Notes under the pieces: generated by a model
What the model was told of the DNA's origin: nothing
The model's database searches: none
What the model saw: only the letters and a program-made list of their open reading frames with translations
NCBI GenBank assembly: GCA_028534125.1
Contig: CM052832.1
Coordinates: 5,892,001-5,956,000, forward strand
DNA length: 64,000 bases
Direction: 5' to 3'
DNA from: Lama glama
Lineage: Eukaryota
Made by a program: the position numbers and the translations under genes
Part shown: piece after piece, positions 12,851 through 24,400 of the stretch
Position numbering within the stretch: the first letter of the stretch is position 1
How the letters are laid out: every line of letters starts with the position of its first letter

Positions 12851-14119
12851 CTAGAGTACCAAGCAGTTTGTCAAGGAGCGTTCCCTCTGGTGCAGACCTA
12901 CCCGCCTACCTCGACTTGCTGTTGAGTTTTCCTATTCAGACAAGACAGAGCTGTTTTAGCAACTGTTAGGTCCAATGTGTTTACAGCCAGAACCAAATCT
13001 CTGAGATTTAAACTATTTATTCCTTCTGTCTGCATTCACTTGTGTTTGTTTTGTTTGTTTATTTTCTAGAAAGTATTCTTTTTTTATTATATAATCTTTT
13101 TATATGTAATATAAATATTCAGTTATTACTATATGTTATTTATTTATCTATGTATTCTGATGTTTAAGCATTTTTACTTCAAAATTTAGTTTGAGTTTTT
13201 AGCTGATAATTTAATGATTTCATAAATATAATATCATAAATATATTTCTATTTCCTAATGAAAGTCTTAACCCATAGTAACAATGAGATTTTTTGCCAAA
13301 CCCTTACTCACACAATCTCTTCTAGAAAGTACTCTACATTAATTCACACCCTACACCTTCCTCATTCAGCCTCCCTTGAAGGGAATGGCTGAGAAAGGTC
13401 TCCAATTCTCTATCTGATCTAACTACTGAAAGAGGGTTCTCCAGCCTTAATACCTTAGAAAAACCAAGCAACTGATATTTGCAGCCTGCAGGTGCCGGCC
13501 CGCCCCACGCCTCCCAGGCATGCCCCTCCCTTGGTATACTCTTAGTTCAGTCAGTTAACACACATTTACTGGGCACCTTTGTGAGCAAGGCAGACATCTC
13601 CTCTAAGTTGTCTGGGCAGCTGGTTCATACTCCCACCGGCTAGACTGAGCACCCTCATATCCGAGCGTCCTAGTCCTACTGGGGCTAACCCGTTGTCAGC
13701 AAGGAAACCCGGCGGAAAAGAACTGGTCTTTATTCAACCAGTAATACTCAGAGCCCATTATGTGCCAAAGACAAAGTGGAGATTGAGAGCAACAGGTTCT
13801 TTTGTGAACAGATAGAGGAAACAATAGAAACACACCATCTGAAACATAAGATAGGATATGACATCATGTTGGGTAGTGAGGAGTATAGGAAGGAAAATGA
13901 AGTGGTGGATGGAGACAGACAGAAGTGGTTGTGTTCTGAAAGGAGATCAGGGAAGACCTCTCTGAGAATGTGACATTTAGGTGCTAAATCAGTGGTGGAA
14001 GATTCAAGCCAGTAAAAGGAAAGTATTCCAAGCAGAGGAGAGAGGAAACTCCGAGCTTGAGATAAGTGTCTGCTGGCTGGGTGCTAAAGGCAGCCAAAGA
14101 GACAATGGAAAGTGACTCA

Positions 14120-14340
14120 TACTAACTGCTAGATATAAAACAGATAACAAGTTTCCACTGTGAAGCACGGGGAGCTATATTCAATATCTTGTAGTAACCT
14201 AAAATGAAAAGAATATGAAAAGGAATATATGTATGTACACGTATGACTGAAATATTATGCTGTACACCAGAAACACACAACACAGTAAACTGATTATACT
14301 TCAGATTTTTGTGAATGTGGAAAACAACAACAACAACAAT
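14120..14340 (+). mobile_element. LINE-1 3'UTR fragment
   Basis: Shares TATATTCAATATCTTGTAG...ATGAAAAGAATATG...GCTGTACACCAGAAAC blocks with the other L1 3' ends here. Confidence 0.8.
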
Positions 14341-14507
14341 AGAGACAGTGACTCAGATGGAGTGAACTCGTGTCTGTTGTGCCTTGGATCCATGAGCAAA
14401 ATGTATTTTAAGCTCCTTCTGGAGTGGAGATTTGATGAACCTGTGGGATGTCAACTAGAACATCTGGGATCTCATAGGGTTTCGACAGACATTCTGGAAT
14501 GTCTAGG

Positions 14508-14718
14508 CGGAATGGTTTCAAACCCGGCTGCACTTTCAAATCACAAGAGGAGTCGTTTTGTTTTGCTTTATTTTAAATCCCAATGCCCAGGGCTCCAACC
14601 CTCAAATAGTCTGATTTAATTTATCTGGAGCAAGCACTTAGCCATCAGAATATATATATATATATATATATTAGCTCCCTGGGTAATTCTAACACATATA
14701 CACAATTAAAAGCCATTG
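14508..14718. mobile_element. MER5-like hAT fossil containing an (AT)n tract
   Basis: TGGTTTCAAACCCGGCTGCAC...AATCAC...CTGATTTAATT...CTCCCTGGGTAATTCTAA. Confidence 0.6.
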
Positions 14719-15890
14719 ATATTTAGACAACAAATATTAGTTATAGAGGTGAAATATGTCTGGTCTGTAGGTTGTGTTTCTTCTAGGAGCTTATCATGGA
14801 ATATAGTTAACCAAGAAAAGAATTTTAAAGGCATTTAAAAAAATGTAAGGTTTCTTGGAAGGGAAAAAATGTCGTTAAGAGATATTCAGAGGTTGGAGAA
14901 ATGATCTGAGTTAATCAGAGAAAACTACCCTACAGAAGAAAATGCCTTCTGGTGAATTACTCTAAAGACATATGCAGAGTAATGAGGTGGTATATGCAAT
15001 TCTGGAGCAGACTCGCTTGGTCGAAAGCATTTTCAATGTATCCGGCCAATTAAGGACATTTTTATTCAAGCCGAGTCTAATCCAGCCTTCAGCAGGGGTG
15101 GTGAAGGATGTGGCTGAAATGGCAGGTTTTAGTCTAGCATTTCACGTGCGGTACCAGAGAGGACCGCCAGGGGGAAGCAGGGAGAGCTGACCGGGAGCGC
15201 CAGCATTCACGTTGCGACACCGCCATCGCGTGGCAATACCGAGAATGGCAGTCATTTTGTAGCCTCGCAAATTCCCCGCGGTTCGTCTTGACGATTTTTA
15301 CAGCAAAGGGCTTGAGATGCCATGCTCCTCTGAATGTGCATGTGTATTTCCCAGAAGAGCTCATGGTATTTAAACCTGTCCATCCTGAGTAAAGTCTTCC
15401 CTAATAACCAAGATCATCCGAACTCAGTAAGAGGGCAACACATCTGCTGTGTGACAAATGGACAAATAGTGACACAAAGGGTGTCATAAAGTAGACACTT
15501 ACTATTGAGCCTTGTTTTTAGGGATGGGCAGTGGCAGAAAAGTGCACTCATGAAGAAAGAAACAAATATCAGGAATATTTTTAAAGAGATGCTTTAGATG
15601 GGAAACTGCTAAGAGGTTTCCAGTGGAAAGAGGGGTTGGTATATGCTGTTCAAACACAGTCTCCCCAGTTTCGATAACTTAACACCATAGGTTAAGTAGC
15701 AGAAAGTGGGGATCCAAACACATATTTGAGTGTATCTAGGCAACCCTGGAATTTTATACATAAAAACAAAGGGAGGTGACTTACCCCAAAATCATTCATA
15801 TTTGTAAAAATGAATTACAGGTAAAGAGAAATTTTATTCCAGATCTTCCTTGCTGGACTATCAGAGAGGCCAGAGAAACAAGAAATAAGC

Positions 15891-16085
15891 CAGCGGTTCA
15901 AAACTGTGGCTGCACAACAAACTTCCCTGGAAATTCTAATGTTAAATAACCTGATACCCAGGTAACATTCTCAAACAATTAAATCAAAACTTCACGGTAT
16001 GAAGCCCAGCTATGGGTTGGTTTTTTTTTTTTTTTTCAATTTCCCCAAGTAACGTCTTTGTGCAGCCAAGTTCAAGAACCACTGA
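15891..16085. mobile_element. MER5-like hAT fossil
   Basis: CAGCGGTTCAAAACTGTGGCTGCAC ... TGCAGCCAAGTTCAAGAACCACTG, with inverted termini. Confidence 0.65.
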
Positions 16086-16281
16086 ACTAGCAGCTTCCTT
16101 TACTTGCAATCAGTCCCTAAGCCACAACTAAATATGTCATTAGAAGGGCAGCCCTTCCCCCCTCCTATACTCACCTCTCAGACCCATCATTTACCCTGAA
16201 GACCTTATCCCCTCAATGTTTGTCTTAATAGATTTCCTTAAGGGTAAGAGGGATATAACAGTGCTCAAAACAGTGACCTAG

Positions 16282-16784
16282 TTGTGGTATATTTATACAA
16301 TGGAATACCACTCAGCCATAAAAAAGAATAAAATAATGCCATTTGCAGCAACAGGGATGGACCTAGAGATCGTCATTCTAAGTGAAGTAAGCCCGAAAGA
16401 GAAAGAAAAATACCATACGATACCACTCATACGTGGAATCTAAAGGGGAAAAAAAAAGGACACTATGAACTCATCGACAAAACAGAAACAGACTCGCAGA
16501 CACAGTAAACAATCCTATGGTTACTGGGGAAAGGGGGTGGGAAGGGATACATCTGGGAGTTTGAGATTTACAAATGTTAGCCAGTATACATAAAAATAGA
16601 TTTTTTAAAAGTTTCTTTTGTATAGCACATGAGCTATGTTCAATACCTTGCAACAACCTTTAATGAAAAATATATGGACAGGAATGCATGTATGTATATG
16701 AATGACTGGGACATTGTGCTGCACAGCAGAAATTGATACATTGTAATTGACTATATTTCAATAAAATAAAAATAACAATTTAAA
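16282..16784 (+). mobile_element. 5'-truncated LINE-1 (ORF2 end plus 3'UTR) with 15-bp TSD
   Basis: ATGGAATACCACTCAGCCATAAAAAAGAAT...; TSD AAAACAGTGACCTAG at 16267-16281 and 16785-16799. Confidence 0.92.
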
Positions 16785-17110
16785 AAAACAGTGACCTAGA
16801 GGCTGCCTGTAGGTTCTGTTTTCTGAATCATTCAGCGCACTACACGTGTAACTGTCTAAAGCATCAAGGATCATTTTACATTGTATCCTCAGCATCTCAT
16901 GGTGCAAGCACATGGAAAGGACTCAATATATGTTTAATGGATAATCTCTTTAGCCAGACAACACTCTACTGACTTACCACAAACTCTGTAAAGATGATTT
17001 GAGAAGTGAGGAACAAAAGGAGATAGGGAGAGGGGGTGATCTGCAAGCCAGGGAGGACCTTAGAATGGGGCGTTCAAACCCCCAAAGAAGAAACAGCATG
17101 GCTGTGTTAC

Positions 17111-17230
17111 CTGAAATCCCCAGATCACAGACTGCTAAATTGATAGTCATGATTTCCGCAGGTCTCAGCTTCTTTTTTCGTCTAGAAGACATATAAAGGA
17201 CATACCCATTTCCAAGTGTAGACAGAATCC
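17111..17230 (-). CDS. OPN5: Opsin-5 coding exon 2 (120 nt)
   Basis: TTGTAG| acceptor and G|GTAACA donor; encodes (G)ILSTLGNGYVLYMSSRRKKKLRPAEIMTINLAVCDLGIS, phase 1-1. Confidence 0.97.
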
Positions 17231-20152
17231 CTACAAGGAAAAATATAAATTCCCATCGTTAAAACCAGGAATTAGCATTCCCTCGGATCTGAAACACTTC
17301 TTAATTTCAAACATGGACACCATAGATTTAGAGGGTAGTGAGAGGACTCTAAATAAAAATCTAAGTTAAGAAGATGAAATAAAAAGCAGGAGTTGTGAGT
17401 GACAGGCGAGGGATGGGTTGCCTCCAAATGGATAGGAGTCAGGGATCATCCAACTGAACTTACCCAGAAAAAGGAACCACTGATTTCCCAGTGAAGCTCC
17501 GGAGGGTGTGGGAAGCCCTGGTCGGTTCTCATACTGGCCCCTGGATGGAGCATATCCTTAGCCATTTTTATGGAGTATTGGCTTTATAGAACTCCTTCCC
17601 TCTGATAAAAGGGTTAACCTCTTGGCTATTGACAAAGTCTGAAGACAAAACCAATGAGGTGCTTTCACTATCACTGTGGACTCCTGAGAGGGGACCAGCG
17701 TTCAGGAGAGGCAGAGGCCAGAGTAGGCTGGCATGACCCCCTGCACGGACACGGTCAACACCTGGAGACACATCCCAGGACTTTTGCATCCTGGGGACAC
17801 ACGGATGCTGGGTGTCTGCGGCTGCTTCTGGACTAGGTACCGAGGGGAAGTGGGTGACAATTGGTAATACGGGCTCTCCCCTCCCACCAAAGGGAGAGAA
17901 CATGACCGTCAACCCACCAGCCTACCAACAAAAGGAATAAATGTGTCCCCACTTTTTTATATCCTTTTATTAATGACTGATGGCCTCCGGCATTACAAAG
18001 ATACTGTTCACAAGCTCTTACAAACCCAGTTTACATCCAAAAAGACCCAATCCCTACTGACTTTATTTAAGAAAAGAATACACCTACTTCCATAGCTTAA
18101 CATGTAGAGTAGATTTCTTCAGGAAGTCTTGCTTCATAGTGTAGCTGTGTATAAATGAGAATCTGGTACAGCTGCCTTTAGTAGTAAGGAATAAGGAGAG
18201 TATTAACAGGAGAAACCCAGAGTTTTCTGCTTTAACTTCTACTTCTCCACCACAATTCATTTGGGGTGCAAAGGGGGGGAAATTGTGTGTTTCAGCTGAT
18301 GGTATGAAACCACCAGAAACTAGCTGCATTGTGCTCTTAGGAAATTCTGAATCCCTGGGGTCAGCGCTGCCTGATGGCATTAAAACCTCTTTAGCTTTGT
18401 TAAGACAGAAGAGAAAAGAAAAAAAAAAAAAAAAGAGGAGACTGTGGAGATTCTAGAGAAAACCAACTAAAAAGAAACCCACGCCTCATTAAAGGAAACC
18501 AGCGAGCAAGGCACACTAGGAAATCCAAATGTGAAGACATGGCTTGAACAATTGCAAACATGCGCCTCCTACTTCGTATCCGAAAAGATTAGAAACAGCG
18601 ACTACGCGTATGCATTTGGTTCACAAAGCTCCTTTAAACGCCCTTCTCAGTTGAAAATATTGATTACCTTATTTCCCTTTTCTTAGATTATCTTTACTAA
18701 TAAGGCTTCACCCAGCGCCCAAAGCTTTATCCAAAAATAGCCTGTTCTCTATAAATTGCATGTAGATTATTCCCACAGGCAGTCTTCTCTGTAGGGGAGT
18801 GTCAGGAAAAGGCAAACTTATTTTTAATGATGCATAAAGGAAATCAAGAAGAAGAAGGTAAAAACTAAAGCGAGGGGGTCATTTTTTTTTTAATGATCAA
18901 GATCCTAAATCTTTCTATGAATGCAAAAAAAAAATGTACATCTCTTATATAGACCATTAATAAACGAAGTGTTATCGCCAAAGTGTAGAGGGTAGAAATG
19001 GATCTCTAATTTATTTCTCCTCTATTCCAAACTCACACTGTCTTCTCATCTTCCAGTTCTCCCCCAAGACTTTTAGTATTTCACAAAGCTCACCAAGAAT
19101 GTCATTCCATTCTGGTTCCTTAGAAGAAATCGGGGCGTATCCCCGCACCTGTCCTGGGAGGGGATGAAACCAGATAATACAGCACCAAGCCCCAGACGGG
19201 GTCTAGGATGAGTTCAGCTCCTCCAGCTGACCCTGGCCTCATCCTGAACGCCTGTCTGGCTCCACTCCCTGACTCTCTGAGTCATCTGATGCTTCCTTTG
19301 CTCAGCGGCTTCCTGGACCTCTTTTTCTGGCTTGCTCTCAGAGCTCCGCTTTGCATATGATCATTGATTTTCCTTCCAACTCCATTTCCTCATCAAGTGA
19401 GAAATTCCCCTGACTGCCCACCCAGCCCAGTTGCCTCTCCCCTTCCCACCCGGAGTAGGGAATGAAAGAATCACCCTCCCTACTTTGTGTCACTTGGAGA
19501 AATCTGTCAGGTTAAAGGTGCTACTCTTTAATTCATTCCTTGCAAAACTGATGGAGACAAAATCAATTTTTAAGATGTCTGTTTTTCTGTCTTTTCCGAT
19601 AATTGAAAAGTGCTTATGTTGACTGAAAATGCCATGTGGATTTTACTACCAGATGGTCCCTGTGCGGACAGAGGTTAGTTCGCCCATTTTCCTCTCTGCT
19701 GTGTTTCCGACCACTTAAACAGCAGCAAAGAATGGGCACTCGGTATATATTTGTGTTTGAAAGGACACGAAGGTCCATCTATAAGAAAGCAAATTTAAAT
19801 CAGTACAACAATAACCCTAACAAAGCCATGGATCCCAGGGCATCCCTTCACAGTGGAATTTCTGACTCAATGTCAAGCACTGATCATTGAGGGGGCTCCA
19901 GACTTTCTAATGAATTTGGCTAATTTCAGGAGGTTAAATGAAAGTCTTAGCCAGCGATGAGTAGATGAGAGAGAGAGAGTGAGGGAGGAGAAAGAGAGAA
20001 GGAGAGGAGAAAGAGAAAGCTTGACCCAACATCTGAAAAGACCAAAGGCAGATACAGCTCAAGACATAACCCCTCTGCACACTGGTTACCCAAATTTAAA
20101 ACAACGGTTGTGAATTTAAGAAAAGTACTGTGGTTGACTCTAATTGCTTAGA

Positions 20153-20480
20153 CTAGTGCTGTCCAATAGAAACGTCATATAATACAAACCAGAAATGTGA
20201 GCCACATACAGGTCTAACATTTTTCTAGTAGCCATACTAAACACAGAAAAAATATTATCATTTACTTGTGGTAATACATTGATTTAACCTAATGTGTCTA
20301 AAATGTTACAGGTTCAACATGTAGTCAGTTGTTTCAAATTATCAATGAGCTATGTTACATTATTTGCTCTAGTCCTATGTCTTCAGTATCTATTTGCACG
20401 ACATACAGCACGTGGCCATTTGGAAAAGTCACAATTCAAGCCCTCGGGAGGCACACGCGGCCACCACGTGGACTAGCAGA
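20153..20480. mobile_element. hAT-Charlie non-autonomous element (MER3/MER33-like)
   Basis: GTGCTGTCCAATAGAA terminus, ATGTGAGCCACATA and TTTTCTAGTAGCCA internal motifs. Confidence 0.75.
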
Positions 20481-20649
20481 GCCTGGAAGCAGACGTACCA
20501 CTCTGTGGATTAGGCACAAAAACGTTTGCCCCCTGACTAGCTTCCGTGTATTATTAATACACTCTTTTTTCAACTCTCACCAAAACCACTCCGTGATGTT
20601 TTTGTGGTGCAGCTTGACTTGAGTGGAAGTAAACTCGGTGCTTACTTGG

Positions 20650-21400
20650 CACCGCCCGGGGACGCGGGTCCCCGCGTCGTGAAAAGCAGAGGCTGAATCA
20701 GATGAGGTCTAAGGCCCATTCTGAGCCTGCGCTCTGATCATTATGTCAAAAGCATTTTTCGAAACGTAAAAGCAGTCCATTTAATAAAGCGATCGTTGTC
20801 ATTCATTTTTGTTATCAGAAGACAGATCTACTACACAAGCAACCAAAACGAAACATAGTCTCAAGAGAAATTGTCTTGCGGTAAAACGTCTGTGGATGAT
20901 GGAGGGGATGTGAGTCCCTAATAACAAAGTGAACAGAGTCGTTTCTGTGAGATGCGGACGCGCTCCGGAACGCCACCCCCTCCCCGTCCCACCCGGTCTC
21001 CCCCTCGGCTCAGTGCGCCCACCTCAGTGCGGGCATCTTTGTGGAAAATCAACACGGCACGAATCTTCTAGATGCAGGCTTCGCATGGGAAAATGAAGGA
21101 CACTTACCAATTATTGTTAAGTAAAAGCCAGCCACTAAGTCCGCTTCCCAGGAAAGTTTGGAAGCAAAGGGGTCCCCATCCCGAAGGTGGCGCGGCCGGC
21201 GCTCGTCCGGGGGCGGGGCCGTGTGGTTCAGCGCCATCCTGTGCCGCAGCGCCCGGGCCTGAAAAGCAGATGCGATGCCTGGAGGTCGCCACAGACAGAC
21301 CTGGGTGAGCCCGCGTGGCCCATCGCAAGGCCCTGCCCCCTGCTTTCAAATGAAATCCAGTTCCCGGCGCCATGCGTGAGCCTCTAGCCGGTAACTGGTG
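20650..21400. promoter_or_regulatory. CpG-rich region around OPN5 exon 1 / probable promoter
   Basis: Dense CG dinucleotides and a GGGGCGGGGC GC-box-type motif (about 21210, within exon 1) against a CpG-poor background. Confidence 0.65.
21108..21237 (-). CDS. OPN5: Opsin-5 (neuropsin) coding exon 1 (130 nt coding)
   Basis: Translates MALNHTAPPPDERRPRHLRDGDPFASKLSWEADLVAGFYLTII(G), the recognisable OPN5 N-terminus; ends at a G|GTAAGT donor. Confidence 0.97.
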
Positions 21401-24400
21401 ACGCCTTGATTGCTTTTCTTGAACGATCCAGCTATGTCAATATTCAAGCATTAGCGCGTAGATGAGCCAAGCCTGCATTATCTCATTTCTTTATCATTGC
21501 CACCCTCTCTGGGACACTTGGAACCTAGCTTGGGTGAATAAGAGGTTTGAAGGCCAAACCCCATTCATTTTACTGCTTCTAGCAATTTTTTTGCAAAGCT
21601 CTGAGCAAAGGAAAGATGCTATATGGAGATTTATATGTGACAGGTTTCATCCATTTTTTAAATATAGTGTAAGTGTATAACACATTTTTAATTTGCCAGA
21701 TTATGCTGTTTTTTAAATTATCCAAATTGCCTGGAAGAGCATCTCTGTCAGCTATATGATCCGTGAGCTTCAGAGTTTTGGTGGGTTTTTTTTTTTTCTA
21801 AAAGAAAAAAATAGTCATTAGTTATTAGAGCATTGAGTACCAAGGAACACAGAATATTCTTCAAATGAAGGTAAGAACTAGGCGATGAGCAAGGATGCCC
21901 TGAACTGTGGGATCTTTCAGAAATGAGTTCAGTCTTGGTTGTATTCAAGTTTGACAATAAAATATTTGAAGGTAGATGTGTCTAATTCCTTTCAAAAACA
22001 TGACTTAGGTCATTTCTTGAGGGAGAGGAGGTGGAAAAGCTTAGCCCAATAATATTGGTTATCTGGGACTCATCACTCCTCCTCACACATCACAGCCCAG
22101 TTCAACCCCACACATCACACGTTGCTCCCTCTGCATGTAGTGTCTCTTCCCTGTCTTTCTAGTCTATTCAGGTTCCACTTGACCTTCAGTCCCTTGTCCA
22201 AGGTCTACATCCTCCAGAAGATGAATCTGGCTCCTTCAATGTCTGCTTGAAGAAGAGCCTGTCTTTTCCCCACCTCCTGAAATCCTCTGAGAGTTGCTTA
22301 ACCTCGCTCACTTTCCTTAATTCTGCCTCTTGGTTGCCTCAACATGCACATAATATTCTAAAGGAAATTTAGTCCTAAAGGAAGGAGGGTAGGGTACCAA
22401 CGCGAGGAGAAAGAGCATCGGCTGTGGAATCTTGACTTTGTGGTGGTGTTTCCCCACTGTCGGAGACAGATCAAAGCAGGAGGCAGCAATGTGGCCACAG
22501 GTTTCTGCAGACAGCCACCAGCTGTACCACTGAAACCAGCGACTGCAACTCACAGTCGTGCTTCTATCGGTTCAGGGACCTGTTTTACGGAATTCCTTTC
22601 ACAGTAGCGAATGGGCCTGAGTTACCTTAGTGTGTGAATAAAATTAGATGGTTTGGTTATTTTCTTCCCTGTTGTACCTCCTCTGTGTGAAGACTTGTCT
22701 ATGGCACATGCTGTCCCTTTCTATCTTCCCTGGGGACACAGGACCCTCATCACTGCCTCCCCTGGTTTCCCGGGATAGCATCCTACCATCAAAACCAACA
22801 GTTCTTAACCAGCTGCACATCTGAATCCCCTGGACACGTGTGTTTGCTTTTTCGTATGTTAGTTGTTGATTGTATTCAAGTTGTTCTTTAGATTCCGTGG
22901 TCTGGGGGCAACTTCCAGAGATTCTCATAGAATACAGTGTATCTGTTTCTATAACCATGGAACCTTTCTTTTCTTTCAAAGTGTCTTTTGGTACTAGTGC
23001 TCAGAGGGACAGTGTAAACAGGGAAATGCTGCTTTAGCAAAACACATTAAAGAGTGAAGAACTGAAGTAACACATTTGTGACTGGGAATTTTAAAAGTAC
23101 GGTGCATCTAGGGAAACTTTACATTGAAATAAGGAAGTTTTGCTTGCTGTAGAAATACTGTATGACACTGGAAATGTTTCTTTGAAGAGTCTAATATTTC
23201 AGGGAAGGTGCGAGAGGCTTGCAAGAGAAGCGTCCCATCTAATAGTGGAGAATAAAATGAACGAGTGCTCAGGACCTCCCCCCGTCAAATTTACAATTAG
23301 ATGCAAAGATATGAATTAAACTTCCTGTAGTAAGTTCTATGTGATTATTCACTTTATTCACGTGAGCATAATTGTTTAAATAATAAAATATACTCTCCTG
23401 CCCTCACATTTGCTAATTCGTGGTCCTTTTGATCATGAATAATGCTTCTCAGAACAGCTTATTACTGAAAAATCTGACAGCATCCCCACTCCTCATCACC
23501 CATAAACGTTTTAAATTTTGTTGTTACTCAATTAAACTGGAAAAAATTCTCTATGATTCCACATTAAAAGTTAAGCGGTAACTCGAGGCAGGGCCAGACC
23601 CAAGTCCTCCTGTATAAGCTGAACGGACTTACAAGTGACTATTTAGCAGATATGGAAAAACAGAATGACGAAAGTGTTACCTCCTAAGAGGAAGTCAATC
23701 CAATAAATTAGTAACAAAAATGACAGTTTAATTCTACTCAATGTTATGGAGTCTTAGAATGATCTTCAAAGAAACGTTAGGCAACAAATTTCCCCTCTGC
23801 CCTGCTCAGTTTTCACTGGCTCAGGGTAGGAGTCAGCAAAAAACTCCTGGGCACTGGGGTCGGCTACTCTCACCAGTGTCTGAACGCGTTCTGTCCAGCG
23901 TGAGCTTCCCCACTGGCCTGCACTGGCCTCTGAACCTTTTACCAATTTTTGCTTGAAGTCTTTAGTATCACCCCAGAATGTATTTCTAGGTATATAGTAT
24001 CTGAGAACATAAGATGTCAGTCTGTCAGCACCCATGAAGGAGTTCATTAAATTAGTTACTTGAGAGGGACCGAGTAGCAGCCAGTGGAACTGAAGATGAA
24101 TATTGGTTACATCACACAGAGGTGAGGACCGGAAACCATGTAACCCGCGGGGACACTTGCAAGAACATGGAAGGCCATGAAATGTCCATAAAGTTAACAA
24201 GAAAGCATTCAAGAGCTCAGGAAATGATGTCAAAGAAAGAGGAGCAGCATGAATTGAAAATATTCTACCTATAGAGGTAAAATTTCTTAGTGTTTAAGCC
24301 TAGTACAACATAAGCAAGGAGCCATAGTTTTTTTTAAAAAATTTGAAGTCCAATGGCTGGCTCATATGGGTCTTTGTCAAGTGGATGTTTGCCCGTTTTG

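Larger units (their letters stand above)
1..21237 (-). other. OPN5: OPN5 gene span, partial (exons 1-4; intron 4 runs off the left edge)
   Basis: Four in-phase exons (130+120+171+335 = 756 nt, 252 codons). No TM6/TM7 exon (AKS...NPIIY) found in 1-8978. Confidence 0.9.
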
